This document shows, piece after piece, positions 60,895 through 64,000 of a DNA stretch of 64,000 bases (position 1 is the stretch's first letter; each line of letters opens with the position of its first letter). Location: positions 171,058,001-171,122,000 of the forward strand of contig NC_042998.1 of the NCBI RefSeq assembly GCF_006345805.1. The letters run 5' to 3'. The notes under the pieces are model-generated. The model made no database searches. It was not told the origin of the DNA and saw nothing but the letters and a program-made list of their open reading frames with translations. Source of the stretch: Octopus sinensis. Taxonomy: Eukaryota. The position numbers and the translations under genes were made by a program.

Positions 60895-62619
60895 TCATGA
60901 CTGACAAAATTTGGGCTGGGAAGCTGTTGTATATATATTATAGCAAATTATTTTAAGCCAGATTAGAACAAAACTTTTTGTATTTTACAAATAAACTCAA
61001 AATCCTGAAACTTGTTCATTATTTTTGTTATGTCTTGAATGAATTTCGCCTATCTTCTACATGTTTTAGTTGAACAAATCGACTAGAGCACTTGTTTTTT
61101 GGAGCATAGTACTTATTCTATCAGACTCTTTTGCTGAACCACTAAGTTATGGGAACATAAACACACCCACACTAGTTGTGAAGTAGTAGACAGACACACA
61201 GATGTATAGGCTGGCTTTTTTCAGTTTCCATCTACCAAATCCATTCACAAGGCTTTGGTCAGCCCAAAGCTATAATAGAAGATACTTGCCCAATGGGGCT
61301 GAACCTGAAACCACGTGGTTGAGAAGCAAGGTTCTTACCACACAGCCACACCAGTGCCTATGAAATATTTATCTTTAAAAAAATTTCATCTATCTCTTCC
61401 CACTTCTATAAATTAATTCCAAGCAGAACAATGTCCAGTTGTTTAAACCCTCTTAGCCTGAAGAATAAAGATAATTCAATTAATTTAATGTGGTTAACAA
61501 TCAGTTTCAATGATTGTGTATGAGAAGGAATTCCAAAGGAAGACAGCAATATGGTTACAAGTACTGCAGAAGTATTTAGCTAGGTGCAGGCATGACTATA
61601 TGGCAAGAAGTTTGCCTCCTAACCAACATGGTTTTGGATTCAGTTCCAGTGTATAGCATGTGACTAACTATAGCCACAAGCCAACCAAAGCTTGATGAGT
61701 GAATCTCGTATATGGAAACTGAAAGGCTGCTGCTGTGTATATATCCATGTTACTGTCTCCTTGCCTTGATATCACAATAGTTGTAAATGAGTGTCAGTCA
61801 TGCTTTCCATTTTCTGTCTTTCATGAAAACATTACCTAACTTGGAAACAGGTGAGGGTTTGTAACAGGAAGAGCTGCTGGCTGTAGAAAATCCATCTCAA
61901 CAAAGCCTATCTGACCTATGCAACCATGGAAGAGTGGAAATTAAAATGATGATAAACCCCTCTGTTTAGTATTCATTAACTTGGAGAAAGCCTTGGACAT
62001 GGTTCCATGCTCTGTTAACTAGTAATTGCTTTGGAAATCAGGGTAATATGAAAAACTTGTGAAGGTCATGCCAGTCATTTATGGGTGCAGTTAGCAACAA
62101 ATTTAGCATGCGGGTAGGTCTGTTAGGGCTCAGTCCCCTCCTGTTTATTTGTAGCCTTCCATTCCATAGGAACAGAGTTTAAGACATGCTCTCATATGAA
62201 CTCTTGTATTCTTATAGTTGAATAAGTAGATTTAGAGAAGAAATTCCAAGTCTGGAAGCAAAACCTAGAATCAAGAGGCCTCAAAGTAAACTAAGGTTTT
62301 ATAAGTAGATACAGCACCAATGTGTGGAACCTTGAGCAAGCATCCTCTACCATATGGGTCCAGACTGATCAAAACCTTGAGTGGATTTGGTTAACAGAAA
62401 CTGAAAGCCCATCATATTATTGTCTCCTTACCTTGACATTTTGTGTGAAAACATTTGATTATGGGGAAATGTTACTTTACTTGGAAGCAAGAGTATTTGA
62501 ATGCAGAAAATCCACTTTAGCAAATTTTATCCAACCTATGTGCACATAGAAAAGTAGATGTTAAGATGATGAAAGAGTGAAGACAACTACCATTACATAT
62601 ATATATATGGGAATGCTCA

Positions 62620-62838
62620 TTAACCCTTTCGTTACTGTATTTATTTTGAGATGCTCTGTGTTTCTTTCAATAACTTTAAATATAACAAAAGATTTAGTAA
62701 AATAACTTAGTTATCATTCAGCTAGTATTAGGAACATTAATTGTGACTAAGGTTTGGTGGAAGATTTTAATTAAAAACTTATGAAAACAAGACATTTGTA
62801 GTACAGAGCCAGAGCCGGTTTGGTAACAAAAGGGTTAA
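62620..62838. mobile_element. piggyBac-like MITE (degraded copy at ~60365-60573)
   Basis: ttaaccctttcgttac...ggtaacaaaagggttaa. Confidence 0.8.
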
Positions 62839-64000
62839 ACAGAAGAGAAGTAGGAAGAAATTCAAGAGGTAGTGCACTCAACATAAACTATAGATACATG
62901 CAAGATGTGGAATCACAGAGAAGGTAGAATTTGTATGTGGCAGATGAACAGTAATAAAACATGAAAATTCCATCAAATACAAAAAGGTTGACCATAAGTA
63001 CTTGATACCTTTTGTTACCTAGGTAATCTAATTGGCAGTGGAGGTAAATATACAGAAAGCATAGGTGTTAGTAACTCCATCATCGAGTGTTTGTGGGGAG
63101 AAATATAAAGTTGTAGTTCCTCTGTCCTCTAATCATTGTCTACAGACTCGCAACGTTACCTGCTTCAAATATATAAACGTTAATAAAAAGGGAGGTAATT
63201 CTGAAGGTTTTTTGGATTAAATAGAAAACTAAGGATTACTTAACTATTAGATTTTATAAAATGGGGAAGGTTTTTTTTTTTTTTTTTTTTTTTTACTTAA
63301 CATATTTTCTGAACACTATATACAAAAAGTTCTTTAGTTTTTAGTGAGATGTATCTTTCATAACTGCAACTTTTCTATCCTTGCATGGATCAGATTTACT
63401 ATAGCTGTATGCCCTTTCTGTCACCTGTTTCCAAGCAAAGTAATACTTCTCCATAACTTGCAATTTCAACAAAAGATAGAAAATGAACAAAACACTTGTA
63501 TAAAACTATCATGAAAGATTAAAAGAAAGGACAGAAAGCAGACTTATAAAAAGGCAGACAGGCACTCCAGGAGCAGTGTTAGTAAATTTCTTGAAGGATG
63601 AGGTTTCTTGATAGCTAACAAATGACATGGGTTGTTTATTTCATGTTTTGACAATTCCCTTTGTGAAAAAGATTCTGGAGATCATGGATGCTGTGCTCCT
63701 TTTTGATTTTGTAACTATGCCCACAAAGTGGTAGTGGTAAAAAGATACAAATGCATGTAAAGTATATGCATTAAAATTTTTTAATTCATATTTTCTATTT
63801 TCCTTGTTTCTAAATTAATAAAAAAAGAAAAAAGAGACAAAAATATACAATTTCTTAGAACAAGTATTTTATTTACAGATATAGCCATTTTTCTTCCTTT
63901 TTTTTTTTTTTTTTTTCAGAATCAAAACATTTTAGGCTACATTATGGTTTTATTATAAAAATAGAAATATTAGGGAGAGAGAGAGAGAGAAAATAGAATA

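Overview
AT-rich, repeat-saturated eukaryotic DNA with GT-AG introns. The SINE/LINE complement resembles octopus (coleoid cephalopod) repeats; this is inference, no search was run. Most ORF-track entries are microsatellite or transposon artefacts. Reading splice sites by hand gives four spliced genes: (1) the 3' three exons of a cysteine-rich gene (+, 1537-8379); (2) a complete tandem paralog (+, 17914-28798) encoding a 141-aa secreted, His/Lys-rich protein with 12 mature Cys in three exon-encoded C..GxxW..C..C modules; (3) an unrecognised ~189-aa hydrophilic protein (-, 39016-30817); (4) COX19 (+, 42390-60894, 90 aa, twin CX9C), head-to-head with gene 3. The rest is tRNA-derived SINEs, CR1- and RTE-type LINE fragments, Penelope-like remnants with hammerhead-ribozyme-like cores, several MITE families, microsatellites and one 100-N gap.
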